A stretch of 63,465 bases of DNA, filler included. It is 4 parts of 4 records of this genome, joined end to end, with 100 filler letters (N's around TTAATTAATTAA, not from the genome) between each part and the next. Parts side by side here need not be neighbours in the genome. Positions count along the whole stretch, not along the records: positions 1 to 23,417 come from SRR20825006_747; 3 more parts are not named here. One strand, given 5' to 3'. The first letter of the stretch is position 1. Each line of letters begins with the position of its first letter. The notes below the pieces were generated by a model, which did not search any database, had not been told where the DNA came from, and saw only the letters and a list, made by a program, of their open reading frames with translations. Position numbers and translations under genes: made by a program. Of the stretch, positions 1 through 9,780 are shown in pieces.

Positions 1-2
1 CC

Positions 3-515
3 GTCTCGGTCTGGGAAATGGACGGCGGCACGGCGAGCAGCAAGGGCTTTGCCGGCAAGCTTGGCACGGGTTGGGAAGTCCGTGCGGTCGAGGACTTCAC
101 CGGCGACGGCAAGGCCGACATCCTGACCACGGGCGCGGACGGCACGGTCTCTGTTTGGGAAATGGACGGAAGCACCGTTACGGCCAGGACCTATGTCGGC
201 AAGCTCGGCGAAGGTTGGGAAATCAAGGAAATCGCCGACTTTAACGGTGATGGCTCCAGCGATCTGCTGACTGCAAACGCGAACGGCGTCGTCTCTCTCT
301 GGGAAATGGATGCCGGCGGCACCTCGGAGAAAGCCTATGTCGGACAGCTTCAGGCAGGCTGGGAAATCGGCAAGATTTCGGACTTCAACGGTGACGGCAC
401 CGCGGATATCCAGCTGCAGAACACCGACACCGGCCAGGTCTCCATCTGGGAGATGGACGGCTCGGATGTCGTGGTTGCAGGTTTGACTGGCAATCTGTGG
501 AACGACTTGATATAA
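3..515 (+). CDS. C-terminal fragment (5'-truncated) of an FG-GAP/VCBS-repeat secreted protein, paralog of the next gene
   Basis: Frame is open from the window edge (VSVWEMDGG...). Repeated DFxGDGxxD.L...VSxWEMD units; ends GLTGNLWNDLI, like the next gene. Confidence 0.85.
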   Translation, partial: VSVWEMDGGTASSKGFAGKLGTGWEVRAVEDFTGDGKADILTTGADGTVSVWEMDGSTVTARTYVGKLGEGWEIKEIADFNGDGSSDLLTANANGVVSLWEMDAGGTSEKAYVGQLQAGWEIGKISDFNGDGTADIQLQNTDTGQVSIWEMDGSDVVVAGLTGNLWNDLI

Positions 516-521
516 ATTTTT

Positions 522-544
522 CAAGCGATGGTTAACATCGCTTG
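522..544 (+). terminator. Hairpin just downstream of the FG-GAP gene, possible terminator
   Basis: CAAGCGATG-gttaa-CATCGCTTG perfect 9-bp stem; no clear U-tail. Confidence 0.4.
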
Positions 545-729
545 TCGGGCATAAAGCCCTTCCCGGCATAGAAGAATTTCTCCGTCATCGACCCGCGTGG
601 ACAACTTTGTCTGCCGTTGATTCCCGGCAAACCGTGTTCGCTGAAACACGGAGCCGGACGGAGAATCTGCCGCCCTCACAAGACATATACGCTCCTGGGT
701 GTCTCTTTAACGTGTGATTGGAGATTCAC

Positions 730-3700
730 ATGAGCGGGATGCTATTCGAGGGCATGGATTCCAGCGATTCGATCATTGGAACCGGCGAAGACGATACCTT
801 TTACGGCGGCGCAGGAAACGACACCCTCCATGGCGAGGGTGGCGATGATTCCATTGTTGGCGATACTGGAAATGACAGCCTTGACGGAGGTGACGGCAAC
901 GACCGCATCAGCGGCGACGACGGTGACGATACGCTCCTGGGCGCAACCGGAGACGACATACTGGTCGGCCATCTTGGTGACGACCTGATCTATGGCGGTG
1001 ACGGCAACGACCTGATTATCGGCTGGAACCACAACGACACGCTTTATGGCGATCTTGGCGACGATACCGTGTCCGGCGGCAAGGATAACGACATCCTCTT
1101 CGGCGATAACGGTAACGACATCCTCTATGGCGGTGAAGGTCATGACACCCTCTACGGCAATGAGGGGATCGACGTGCTCTATGGCGATGCCGGCGACGAC
1201 ATTCTCTACGCGGACAATGACGATACGATCTATGGCGGCGACGGCTATGACATCGTCTACACAATCGATACCTCCGACGTGAGCCGGTTCATCAATGTCG
1301 AGAAAATCATTGGTGTCGACGCCGTAACCCTCACCGGCTCCGCCGATCCCGATATGCTCTCCGGCACCGTGGTCGACGATGAAATCGACGGCGCAGAGGG
1401 CGATGACACCATCAGAGGCGACGACGGCGATGATACGCTGCGCGGCGGTGAGGATAATGACCTGCTCTACGGCGGTAACGGCATTGACCTGCTAACCGGC
1501 GGTGACGGCGCGGACGTGATCTACGGCGGAGCCGGTACCGATGGTATCGATGGGGGTGACGGTAACGATACGCTCTATGGCAACAGTGGAGAAGACTACA
1601 TTCATGCCGGAGCCGGGGACGACGTCATTTATGACGATGGCCTCGACATCATCTCCGGCGGTGCGGGCAACGACACCGTCTACACGACGGACGACAGCGA
1701 TACCTCGCGCTTCGCCGATGTGGAGGAGGTCATCCTCATCCCGCTCGACACGATTACGGCGGGGGCCGAATCCGACACCCTGACAGGTACCCGCGCCGCG
1801 GACGCCATCGACGGAGGAGACGGAGACGATACCATCAGCGGCATTGGCGGGGACGACCAGCTTTACGGCGGCGCCGGCAACGACGAGATTGATGGCGGCG
1901 TCGGCAACGATACGCTCTATGGCGACGCTGGGGACGACATCTTCCTGGATGACGGCCTAGACATTATTTACGGCGGCGAGGGGGAGGATACCGTCCAGAC
2001 CACCTCTTACGACGCTTACGGGGACCATACCCGGTTCCACAATGTCGAAACCGTCGAATACCTGTTCCAGATAACCTCTGGCACCACCGGTAACGATACG
2101 CTGACAGGCGGCACGGACCGCAATGTACTGCTTGGCGGTGACGGGGAAGATTTGCTGATCGGTGGCAACGACGACGACACGATCCATGGCGGCAACGGCA
2201 ACGACATGATCAGCGCACTCGGCGGAGCCGATCTGGTGCTTGGCGAAGCTGGCAACGACACCATCGTCGGACATAGTGGCAGCGATACGATCTATGCCGG
2301 AGCAGACAACGATCTGATCATTGGGTGGCATGACAATGACACGATCTATGGTGACGAGGGCGACGACACGATCTCCGGAAACAGCGGTGACGACCAGCTC
2401 GAAGGCGGTGACGGCAATGACGAAATCTCTGGCGGTACCGGCAACGACACGATCCACGGCTCTTCCGGTATCGACACGATCTACGGCAATGAAGGTGACG
2501 ACGTCATTTATGACGACGGCAGCGATATCGTATACGGAGGCGATGGAAATGACACTGTCTACACCACCGATGACAGCGATACGACCCGGTTTCACGATGT
2601 CGAGCACATTGAGCTGATCTGGAACAACGTTACCGGCACAGCGGAAGGCGATACCCTGTCTGGCAGTGATGGCGTGGACGCGATCACTGCTCTTGCCGGT
2701 AATGACACGATCTATGCCGGCGACGCCGGAGATCTAGTCTATGGCAATGCCGGGAATGACGTGATCTACGGCGGTGACGGACTCGACATCCTGAACGGCG
2801 GCGACGGAGACGACACCATCTATGGCGGAGCTGGCAGCAACGGTGACATCCTGCATGGCGGCAGCGGCAATGATGTCTTCATCGCCTCATTAGATAACAT
2901 CGATGGCGATGCCATCGTGGATCTCGGTACCGAAGACAAGGTTATCATCGAGGGCATCGAGCTTGGCCCGAGCCGGATTACCCTTTCCTATCAGAATAAT
3001 CAGACCTTTGTTGCGATCGACGCGGACTCAGACAACGAGGCCGATGCCATCTTCGGTCTGGTCGGCGAATATGATTCCTTTTCCGTGGCCACCGAGAACG
3101 GCAACACCGTACTCACCTTCGAAGAGGTCATCCCGCCACACTGGGAAATCACCCATACAGGCGATTTCAATGCTGACGGCAAGACTGACCTTCTGCTTAC
3201 TTCCACTGAAGACAGGGTTGCGATCTGGACCATGGATGGAGCCACCGCACTCACAAAGAAAGATGCGGGGGGCCTTTCCGGTCGGGAAAATTTCTCCGTC
3301 CACGCAATCGGCGATTTCGACGGCGATACAGACGACGACGTCCTGGTGCTCGGCGACGAAGGCACGCTCTCCGTCTGGCGCAGCAATGGAGGAACCGCCG
3401 AAAGCAAGACCTATGTCGGCAAGCTGGACGACAGCTGGACCGTGGAGGGAACAGCCGACTTCAACGGTGACGATCGGCAGGACATCCTGCTGCGGCAGGA
3501 CAGCGGCACTGTCTCGGTTTGGGTAATGGGGAGCGGCGGAACCGCCGTCGAGAAATCCTATGCCGGTCGGTTAACCCCGGACTGGACCGTTGAAACGCTG
3601 GCCGATTTCGATAATGACGGCAAGACCGACATCCTCGCCAGAAACGAGGCAGGAGCAGTCACCGTCTGGTCGATGGACGGCGGCACGGCGAGCGAAAAAT

Positions 3701-4314
3701 CCTACGCCGGAAACATGTCGTCGGATTGGACGCTGGAAGAGGTCGCGGATTTCAACGGAGACGGCAAACAGGACCTGCTCCTGACAAACACCAGCGGCAT
3801 CGTCAGCGTCTGGGAAATGGATGGCGGTACCGCATCGAACAAGGGCTATACGGCCACGCTTGGCCACGGTTGGGAAATCGAGGCGGTCGATGATTTCACC
3901 GGCGACGGCAAGGCGGATATCCTGGTTCGCAACGCTGACGGCGTAATCTCCGCCTGGGAGATGAACGGCGCTACGCCAACGGCACAGACCTATACTGGGA
4001 CGCTGGCGGAAGGCTGGGACATTGAAGCAATCGCCGATTTCAACGGTGACGGATCAGCCGATCTGCTCGTTGCCGGAAACAATGGCGCTGTATCTCTTTG
4101 GGAAATGGATGCAGGCGGCACCTCGGAGAAAGCCTATGTCGGGCAACTCCAGAACGGCTGGAAAATTGGCAATGCAGAAGATTTCAATGGCGATGGCAAA
4201 GCCGACATCCAGCTTGAGAACACGGAAACCGGACAGGTCTCCGTATGGGAAATGAACGGTGCCAACGTCACCAGCGCCGGTTTGACGGGAAACCTATACC
4301 TCGACCTGATCTGA
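730..4314 (+). CDS. Large RTX-type Ca-binding repeat protein with C-terminal FG-GAP/VCBS repeats (putative T1SS-secreted adhesin)
   Basis: Many GGxGxDxLxG nonapeptides in the N-terminal two thirds, DFNGDG repeats in the C-terminal third, no N-terminal signal peptide. ATG 730 follows GGAG. Confidence 0.88.
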   Translation: MSGMLFEGMDSSDSIIGTGEDDTFYGGAGNDTLHGEGGDDSIVGDTGNDSLDGGDGNDRISGDDGDDTLLGATGDDILVGHLGDDLIYGGDGNDLIIGWNHNDTLYGDLGDDTVSGGKDNDILFGDNGNDILYGGEGHDTLYGNEGIDVLYGDAGDDILYADNDDTIYGGDGYDIVYTIDTSDVSRFINVEKIIGVDAVTLTGSADPDMLSGTVVDDEIDGAEGDDTIRGDDGDDTLRGGEDNDLLYGGNGIDLLTGGDGADVIYGGAGTDGIDGGDGNDTLYGNSGEDYIHAGAGDDVIYDDGLDIISGGAGNDTVYTTDDSDTSRFADVEEVILIPLDTITAGAESDTLTGTRAADAIDGGDGDDTISGIGGDDQLYGGAGNDEIDGGVGNDTLYGDAGDDIFLDDGLDIIYGGEGEDTVQTTSYDAYGDHTRFHNVETVEYLFQITSGTTGNDTLTGGTDRNVLLGGDGEDLLIGGNDDDTIHGGNGNDMISALGGADLVLGEAGNDTIVGHSGSDTIYAGADNDLIIGWHDNDTIYGDEGDDTISGNSGDDQLEGGDGNDEISGGTGNDTIHGSSGIDTIYGNEGDDVIYDDGSDIVYGGDGNDTVYTTDDSDTTRFHDVEHIELIWNNVTGTAEGDTLSGSDGVDAITALAGNDTIYAGDAGDLVYGNAGNDVIYGGDGLDILNGGDGDDTIYGGAGSNGDILHGGSGNDVFIASLDNIDGDAIVDLGTEDKVIIEGIELGPSRITLSYQNNQTFVAIDADSDNEADAIFGLVGEYDSFSVATENGNTVLTFEEVIPPHWEITHTGDFNADGKTDLLLTSTEDRVAIWTMDGATALTKKDAGGLSGRENFSVHAIGDFDGDTDDDVLVLGDEGTLSVWRSNGGTAESKTYVGKLDDSWTVEGTADFNGDDRQDILLRQDSGTVSVWVMGSGGTAVEKSYAGRLTPDWTVETLADFDNDGKTDILARNEAGAVTVWSMDGGTASEKSYAGNMSSDWTLEEVADFNGDGKQDLLLTNTSGIVSVWEMDGGTASNKGYTATLGHGWEIEAVDDFTGDGKADILVRNADGVISAWEMNGATPTAQTYTGTLAEGWDIEAIADFNGDGSADLLVAGNNGAVSLWEMDAGGTSEKAYVGQLQNGWKIGNAEDFNGDGKADIQLENTETGQVSVWEMNGANVTSAGLTGNLYLDLI

Positions 4315-4335
4315 CTTGATGTTGATCTTGTACCG

Positions 4336-5748
4336 TCACGGCGCCACATAACGGCTGATGAGAGCAACACTTCCGCTCAACAACACTACGCTCAGCACCA
4401 GCCGGGCCGCGTCCCGGATCGACAGGACGCGGCTGCGCCGGAGCAAGATGGATTGTCCGCCCAGCATGACAAAGGACGCGACGATCACGCCGATCCCCAC
4501 ACCTTCCAGACCGGCTTCGCGGAAGCCGATGACGGTGCCCGCCCAAAGCGTGGCGATGGCCAGGAAATAAACAGCTACGATTTCCCGGCTCGGCCGGGTT
4601 CGTGCCGACATGGCGATCGGCATCAGCCATGAAGCGCTGATCATTGGAATTCCCGCCACCAGGAAGATCTTCAACGCCGGAACCGCTTCCGCATAGGCCA
4701 CGTAAACGACAGGCACCACCGGTTTGACCAGCATCACGCCAATGGTCGAGAGCACCGATATCACCGCCGCCAGTTTCAGGGCATCACCAACCACCCGGCG
4801 CGACAGGGCAAAAGGCTCTGCCGCATAGGCTTCGGCCGAAAGTTTCGGATAATAGGCCTGCGCGATGGTCCCGAAGGTTCCTGCATAAAGACCCAATACC
4901 GCCGCCGCGAAGGAGAACTGCCCGTAGGTTTCTGGATCGGCGAGATCGGCGACGAACCAGCGGTTCGCCATCATGAACACGCTCCAGAGCGAGACAGAGA
5001 CAAACAGTGGGAATGCGGCGGTCACGGTCCGGCGCATGCGGTGCAGACTGGGGTGATAGCGGAGGCTTGGCGGGTCCCGGCGCAACATGGTGGCCGCGAC
5101 GCCACCGAACCAGAGAATAAGCACCGAGAAACAGCCGGAGAGGCCGCCGAAATAAAGCCCCAGCACCCGGGGCGCCGTCAGCCCGATCTGCACGACTGTG
5201 TTGTTCGCGGTGAACAGCCCATAGGTCGAGAGGCCGCGATAAAGCGCCAGATGCCCCATCAGGATGAACTGTGTGCCACCAGCCAGAATCGCAAGCAGGG
5301 TTGCCGGCATGGGCAACGGCACCTTGAAGGAGTTCTCCAGAGCCACGGCAAGCACGAGTGCCGTCGCGGTGGCAATCACCGCCAGATAGAACCGGGTCCA
5401 GAGAATACCCTGCACCCGGACGCCCGCCGGACTGTTGAGCCCGGCCTGTTTCATCCTGGCGGAGGTGCGGGTGATGAGCTGGGATGTTCCCAGATCAAGC
5501 AGCCAGAGATATTGTACGAACGTGGAGATCAGGATGAACTGGCCGAACGAGACCGGCTCCATGAACCACGGAATGAACAGCCCGGTGGCGGCAACGCAGG
5601 CATTGACCGTCGGCACCACCAGCGCGTAGCTGCGCGGGCTTTCCAGAAATTTCCTGAGCTGGCTCGGGGACTCTTCACCCGGCGGGCTTACGCTTGCTGG
5701 CTCGGCACTTGCTGGCTCGGCACTTGGCGGTGTGCTTTCGCTCGTCAT
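4336..5748 (-). CDS. wzx: Polysaccharide flippase (Wzx/MATE-like)
   Basis: 470 aa, many hydrophobic segments, FGQF...LLDLG and YGQFSFA motifs, located in an EPS cluster. Confidence 0.8.
   Translation of the reverse strand: MTSESTPPSAEPASAEPASVSPPGEESPSQLRKFLESPRSYALVVPTVNACVAATGLFIPWFMEPVSFGQFILISTFVQYLWLLDLGTSQLITRTSARMKQAGLNSPAGVRVQGILWTRFYLAVIATATALVLAVALENSFKVPLPMPATLLAILAGGTQFILMGHLALYRGLSTYGLFTANNTVVQIGLTAPRVLGLYFGGLSGCFSVLILWFGGVAATMLRRDPPSLRYHPSLHRMRRTVTAAFPLFVSVSLWSVFMMANRWFVADLADPETYGQFSFAAAVLGLYAGTFGTIAQAYYPKLSAEAYAAEPFALSRRVVGDALKLAAVISVLSTIGVMLVKPVVPVVYVAYAEAVPALKIFLVAGIPMISASWLMPIAMSARTRPSREIVAVYFLAIATLWAGTVIGFREAGLEGVGIGVIVASFVMLGGQSILLRRSRVLSIRDAARLVLSVVLLSGSVALISRYVAP
5693..5725. 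repeat. 15-bp tandem repeat (two copies plus a partial) in the flippase 5' end, encoding SAEPA repeats
   Basis: CTTGCTGGCTCGGCA at 5693 and 5708, then CTT. Confidence 0.75.
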
Positions 5749-5783
5749 ATGCTGGTCTCCATTGCGGCACCGGCCAAACGGGA

Positions 5784-6593
5784 ATGTGTGTGACGGACTT
5801 GATTGAGTATGACTGGGAATGCGACTGGGAACATGGTGTACCGGCCGCGATCCGCTGTGGCGGTATCCGCGGAACCGATTTTGGAATTGAAACTGCCGAC
5901 CGTCACTCTTTCTTCACCCTTGCGCCTGAACGTCATGGCACCCGCATCACGGAAGATCGCGCGCTCACGAACGGCCCCGGGTCAGGCGAAAGGCGCCTGA
6001 CCGTCGAAATGGCCGAGGGCCGGTGGAGCACTGTCATCACGTCGAGCCTCCACAAACGGGGACTCGCTCTCTCCGCCTCGCTTACCACGCTTTCGCCCTC
6101 GCTCTTTCAGGATTTTGTCGTCAGGGCGGTTTTTTCAGGCGATTCCTTTACTGAGGCTTCGATTGGCGGCGAGCATTTCCAGCATACCGGCAGCAATATC
6201 TATCACCAGCACCCTGTCCGCCATGCCGCGCTTTCCGGCCCGGCGGGAAAGCTCGACATCCAGGTCACAGAATCCGTTCCGGGGCCGGCATTCGAGCAGG
6301 TCCTTTATGTCCGGGATGCGCCAGAAGGCTGGGTTGTGCATGCCAGGCTGATCCCGAAGATGCCCTATGCGCTTCTCTGGGTCCGTTGGTTCAATCGCTT
6401 TGCCCGGCTTTCCCTGCCTGACTGGGCAAGCCGTGTCCTGCTCTCCGTTCCCGGCCTGAAATCCCGCATCTGGTATGCGGCGGAGCGCGGCGGCCGCAAT
6501 GTCCTGCAACTGCAGGCCAGCGGGCTTGCCCGTCTGGATGCGGGAGAGCACGTCGCGCTCGCCATGGAGATGACTTTGGAAGATGCGCTTTGA
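5784..6593 (+). CDS. Hypothetical protein in the EPS cluster
   Basis: Open frame; its stop overlaps the TTG start of the next gene (TTGA). Start uncertain (ATG 5784 or GTG 5790). Confidence 0.65.
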   Translation: MCVTDLIEYDWECDWEHGVPAAIRCGGIRGTDFGIETADRHSFFTLAPERHGTRITEDRALTNGPGSGERRLTVEMAEGRWSTVITSSLHKRGLALSASLTTLSPSLFQDFVVRAVFSGDSFTEASIGGEHFQHTGSNIYHQHPVRHAALSGPAGKLDIQVTESVPGPAFEQVLYVRDAPEGWVVHARLIPKMPYALLWVRWFNRFARLSLPDWASRVLLSVPGLKSRIWYAAERGGRNVLQLQASGLARLDAGEHVALAMEMTLEDAL

Positions 6594-8209
6594 ACCCTCC
6601 TGAAGGCACCGCCGGCACACGGTTCGACTGGATCGCGGAGCAGATCGCCGGAGCCCTGGCCGCACAGTGCGACCCTGAAACCGGTTTCGCGGAAACGGAA
6701 TTCTACGGCAGCGCTTTCGCCGCCATGCTCTGGCAACGCTGGCCCGAACGCTTCAACGCCGATATCAAAGCCGCGCTCGACCGGCTGAAGCGACAGGACA
6801 AGCAGGCCCTGATCGGCGTCTGGGAAAACCGCTTTCACTGGGAATTCGTGCGATTCGCCCTTGCCGACCTGTTCCGTTCTGGCCCTGTCGGCCACTACCG
6901 GGAATCCGGAGACCTGCTCGGCGGGATGGGTTTTGTCCGCAATCGCGTTGCCAACTGGACCCTGCTGCGCAGCACCGTACGGCTTGCCGGAACGGCTCGG
7001 CTCGACAGGATCATCGGCCGGATGGAACGCTGGTTGACCCTCGCCATCTACCAGAGGCCGGAAGGCTTCATCGAGGACCAGCGCGGCGCCCCGACACAGC
7101 AATATCATGCCTTCGCGACGGCATTGCTTGGTTACCAGATCTCCGTTCTTGAAGAGCCTTCCGCCGCTCTGCATGAGAAATTTCGCGCGGCCCTCCAGGC
7201 TCTTGTCCGGACCACGCTGCATGATGGCGAGGTAAACGCCATCGGGCGCGGACGGTTTCAGAGCTTCGGATATGCCGCAGCAACACTGGCGCTGGCAATC
7301 GGACTGCGGCTTGGCTGCGCCCCGGAAGGCTCCATCACCCTGCTGCGGGCCATTGCCGACCGGCTGGAGGCCGCACTCGGACCCGACGGCACCCTGCCCC
7401 TGATGATCACCCGGATCGACGAGACGGAGGACATCACGCCGCCGCCGCATCACCCACATCAACGCCGGATCGGCTGGCATTCCTACAATAACGGACCGGA
7501 TTATCTGGCTTTTTCGGGCGCGGTCCTAAAACTCGCGGCGGAACAGCTCGCGGCCTCGCCCGAGCCGGGCACCCCCCTGCCGCTTCCGGCGGAGGACAGT
7601 CTGGCGGACGGTATCCGGATCGTCCGCAACGCCACCTATTCCGCGATCACCACACTGCCGCGCCGTACCATCACCGCGTCCCAGCCCCTGCCCTATATCG
7701 TCACGGCCAGCGGCGCGCGGCCTTTGCCGTCCTATGGCGACGAGGCCTTGCCGGACAGTATCTATACTCCCCTGTCCCTGCCTCTTCCGGTCTTCGAGGA
7801 GCATGACGGCACGTTCCGCACCCTGCTTTCCGGCACCGGTTTCCGCTGGTCCGGGCCGGATAAAATCGTCGGTGAGACCGCTACGTTCCGCTTCGAGCGG
7901 CGGTTCCGTTTCGAGGCGGGGTCAATCGAGATCGAGGATGCCCTGACACTGACCGGGGCACCTGATGACGCCCGGTTGCACCTGCCCTGGCTGACCTTGC
8001 CCGCATCGGCAAAGCCGGCATCGAAGAAGGGTGAGGGCACAACATTCACCCTCGACGGGGCATCGCTGGAGAGCGACCTGCCACTGACCGAAGTCACGGC
8101 GGCGGAGCCGCAATACGGCATCAGCGGACGGCTGCGGCTCTGGTCGCATGCGACGGCTCTGCCCCCGCCGGGCGACATCGCAACGGCCCGCTATCGGGTC
8201 TTTTTGTAG
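6590..8209 (+). CDS. Hypothetical protein; helical N-terminal and beta-rich C-terminal region, loosely reminiscent of heparinase II/III-like folds
   Basis: 539 aa ORF with aromatic/His motifs (HWEF, ANWTLLR, QQYHAF, GRGRFQSFGY, WHSYNN.DY). The fold call is inference. Confidence 0.6.
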   Translation: MNPPEGTAGTRFDWIAEQIAGALAAQCDPETGFAETEFYGSAFAAMLWQRWPERFNADIKAALDRLKRQDKQALIGVWENRFHWEFVRFALADLFRSGPVGHYRESGDLLGGMGFVRNRVANWTLLRSTVRLAGTARLDRIIGRMERWLTLAIYQRPEGFIEDQRGAPTQQYHAFATALLGYQISVLEEPSAALHEKFRAALQALVRTTLHDGEVNAIGRGRFQSFGYAAATLALAIGLRLGCAPEGSITLLRAIADRLEAALGPDGTLPLMITRIDETEDITPPPHHPHQRRIGWHSYNNGPDYLAFSGAVLKLAAEQLAASPEPGTPLPLPAEDSLADGIRIVRNATYSAITTLPRRTITASQPLPYIVTASGARPLPSYGDEALPDSIYTPLSLPLPVFEEHDGTFRTLLSGTGFRWSGPDKIVGETATFRFERRFRFEAGSIEIEDALTLTGAPDDARLHLPWLTLPASAKPASKKGEGTTFTLDGASLESDLPLTEVTAAEPQYGISGRLRLWSHATALPPPGDIATARYRVFL

Positions 8210-8335
8210 GAGCCCCGGTTAAAACCCGATCCAGTTGACGCGGTGCCGTCAAAACCGTGGCTCCGCTTTCTATAGTGCAGAACGAGCAGTAGATCGAAGC
8301 AGTTTGGTTGTTCTTGCCATGGAGCATTCAAGGCC

Positions 8336-8351
8336 GTTGACAAACGTCAAC
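8336..8351. promoter_or_regulatory. Palindrome GTTGAC-N4-GTCAAC overlapping a TTGACA -35 hexamer; probable TA operator
   Basis: Perfect 6-bp inverted repeat 25 bp upstream of the toxin ATG. Confidence 0.6.
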
Positions 8352-8376
8352 ACTCCTATCATGTTTCTGATGTTCG

Positions 8377-8628
8377 ATGGCTAGACCGCGCCATCCGAAC
8401 AAGGAAATCGAAAGCGCCGTTCAATGTGCGGAGAGTCGCGGATGGAACGTTGTCTTATCAAAAGGCCATTCATGGGGCCGCCTCCTCTGCCCGCAACACA
8501 CGCGGGACGGATGCATCATCATGGTTTGGTCAACGCCCAGAAACGCCGAAAACCATGCAAACGGCATCCTCCGAAAGATCGACATGTGCCGGCATTGCCA
8601 CGAGAGGGAAGATGATGGGCAGTCATAA
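8377..8628 (+). CDS. HicA-like small toxin of a putative type II TA pair
   Basis: 83 aa; HPNKEI...GW......GHSWGRLLC...VWSTPRN pattern; overlaps a downstream HTH gene. Confidence 0.65.
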   Translation: MARPRHPNKEIESAVQCAESRGWNVVLSKGHSWGRLLCPQHTRDGCIIMVWSTPRNAENHANGILRKIDMCRHCHEREDDGQS

Positions 8629-9142
8629 GTTCACGATCATCGCGACCGGCCTCGATCCAAACGCGGATGATTTTGGCGACCGCTTCTTCGAGGCTGGCTG
8701 TGATGACGCGACACTCTCGTTTCAGAAGGGCGCTCTTATTGTCGAGTTTGATCGGGACGCCCGCACTTTCAGCAGCGCTCTGCTCTCGGCCATCGCCAAT
8801 GTGCGGGAGGCCGGCGCCAAAGTCGTCCATGTAGAACCAGACCATTTGGTAAGCCTGTCCGACATCGCCCTCCGCGCCGGGATTACCCGTGCAGCCGCGT
8901 CCAACTACGCGAAAGGCAGCCGTAGCCAGGGCTTTCCCTCTCCCGTTGCCCGCGTAACGACCAGCACCCCCCTCTGGGACTGGGTGGATGTGGCGCGGTG
9001 GCTCCACGCGAGCGGACGATTGTCAAAGCACGAGATTTTGCGCGCGCGACTGGTTCGGCAGGCAAACCAGGGATTGGCGCAAAATAACGTGACCTCGAGT
9101 CGACAGAAAACCGAACACGAGGCCCGGCTTCCGCAGCGATAA
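8615..9142 (+). CDS. Putative antitoxin: HicB-like N-terminus plus HTH DNA-binding domain
   Basis: EAGCDDA...EFDRDA...SAIANV, then LVSLSDIALRAGITRAAAS (HTH) and FPSPV...LW. Start is ATG 8612 or 8615 after GAGAGGGA. Confidence 0.7.
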   Translation: MGSHKFTIIATGLDPNADDFGDRFFEAGCDDATLSFQKGALIVEFDRDARTFSSALLSAIANVREAGAKVVHVEPDHLVSLSDIALRAGITRAAASNYAKGSRSQGFPSPVARVTTSTPLWDWVDVARWLHASGRLSKHEILRARLVRQANQGLAQNNVTSSRQKTEHEARLPQR

Positions 9143-9153
9143 TCCGGTCCTGC

Positions 9154-9780
9154 TTACGGCTTGATCCCGTCCACCAGCAGCGAGAGGTGTGAGGACGGGA
9201 AGCTTTTGTCCGGCGTGCCGTGCCGCTTGCAGCGGTAAATACGGCCCCGCTCTTCGTCCCACGGCTCCTCGTGGAATTGCCCGCTCCTGTCGAACCATTC
9301 ACCGGGCTCAACCCGAAACCCGGCAGCCTCCAGCACCGCGCTCAGGCTTTCCAGCGTGAAAAGCTGCTTGTGATCATCCGCGCCGGGACCGGTCCCGCCG
9401 GGTTCCACATTGCGGATATAATCCGGGTTGGGATTATGCCCGTCCGGAACCGCGATCCGGATGGTGCCGCCCGGTTTCAGGTAACGGAAGGCATTTTCCA
9501 GCACCGCCGGGATCAGCTCCGGCGGAATATGCTCGAACACATGCTCCGCAAGCAGCCGATCAACCGCCGCCTCGCGGCCGATGAGTTCCGCCCAGGCAGC
9601 CGCGCGCGTTGCATCGAAAAAACCGATATCGGAACCGAACCAGTCCGGCGCCGGGGCCGTACCGCCAAGCACGATCTTCAACGGCAGCCCCGAGGCCACC
9701 GCCCGTCTCAGCCTGCGTTCCTGATACCAGTCGCGCAGGGGACGCCTAAAATACTCGAAAAATTTTCCACGAAGAGTCAT
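9154..9780 (-). CDS. Class I SAM-dependent methyltransferase-like protein
   Basis: AEHVFEH and YLKPGGTIRIAVPD motifs. Confidence 0.75.
   Translation of the reverse strand: MTLRGKFFEYFRRPLRDWYQERRLRRAVASGLPLKIVLGGTAPAPDWFGSDIGFFDATRAAAWAELIGREAAVDRLLAEHVFEHIPPELIPAVLENAFRYLKPGGTIRIAVPDGHNPNPDYIRNVEPGGTGPGADDHKQLFTLESLSAVLEAAGFRVEPGEWFDRSGQFHEEPWDEERGRIYRCKRHGTPDKSFPSSHLSLLVDGIKP

Noticed and set aside
624-667. c-di-GMP-I riboswitch, suggested by GGCAAACC followed by a hairpin
   Set aside because: The GNRA loop, the GACGCAAA junction and a convincing second stem are absent.
730-4314. CRISPR array or DGR suggested by repetitive DNA
   Set aside because: The repeats are in-frame protein repeats. 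No fixed repeat-spacer array, cas gene or reverse transcriptase was seen anywhere in the window.
8337-8362. Full sigma70 promoter TTGACA...TATCAT
   Set aside because: The spacing is only 14 bp; only the -35 and the palindrome are kept.
8426-8611. ORF-track N-terminal extension of the antitoxin, and similar extensions at 5694, 15014, 30381, 54973, 55983 and 62625
   Set aside because: Downstream starts fit ribosome sites, gene overlaps and family N-termini better.
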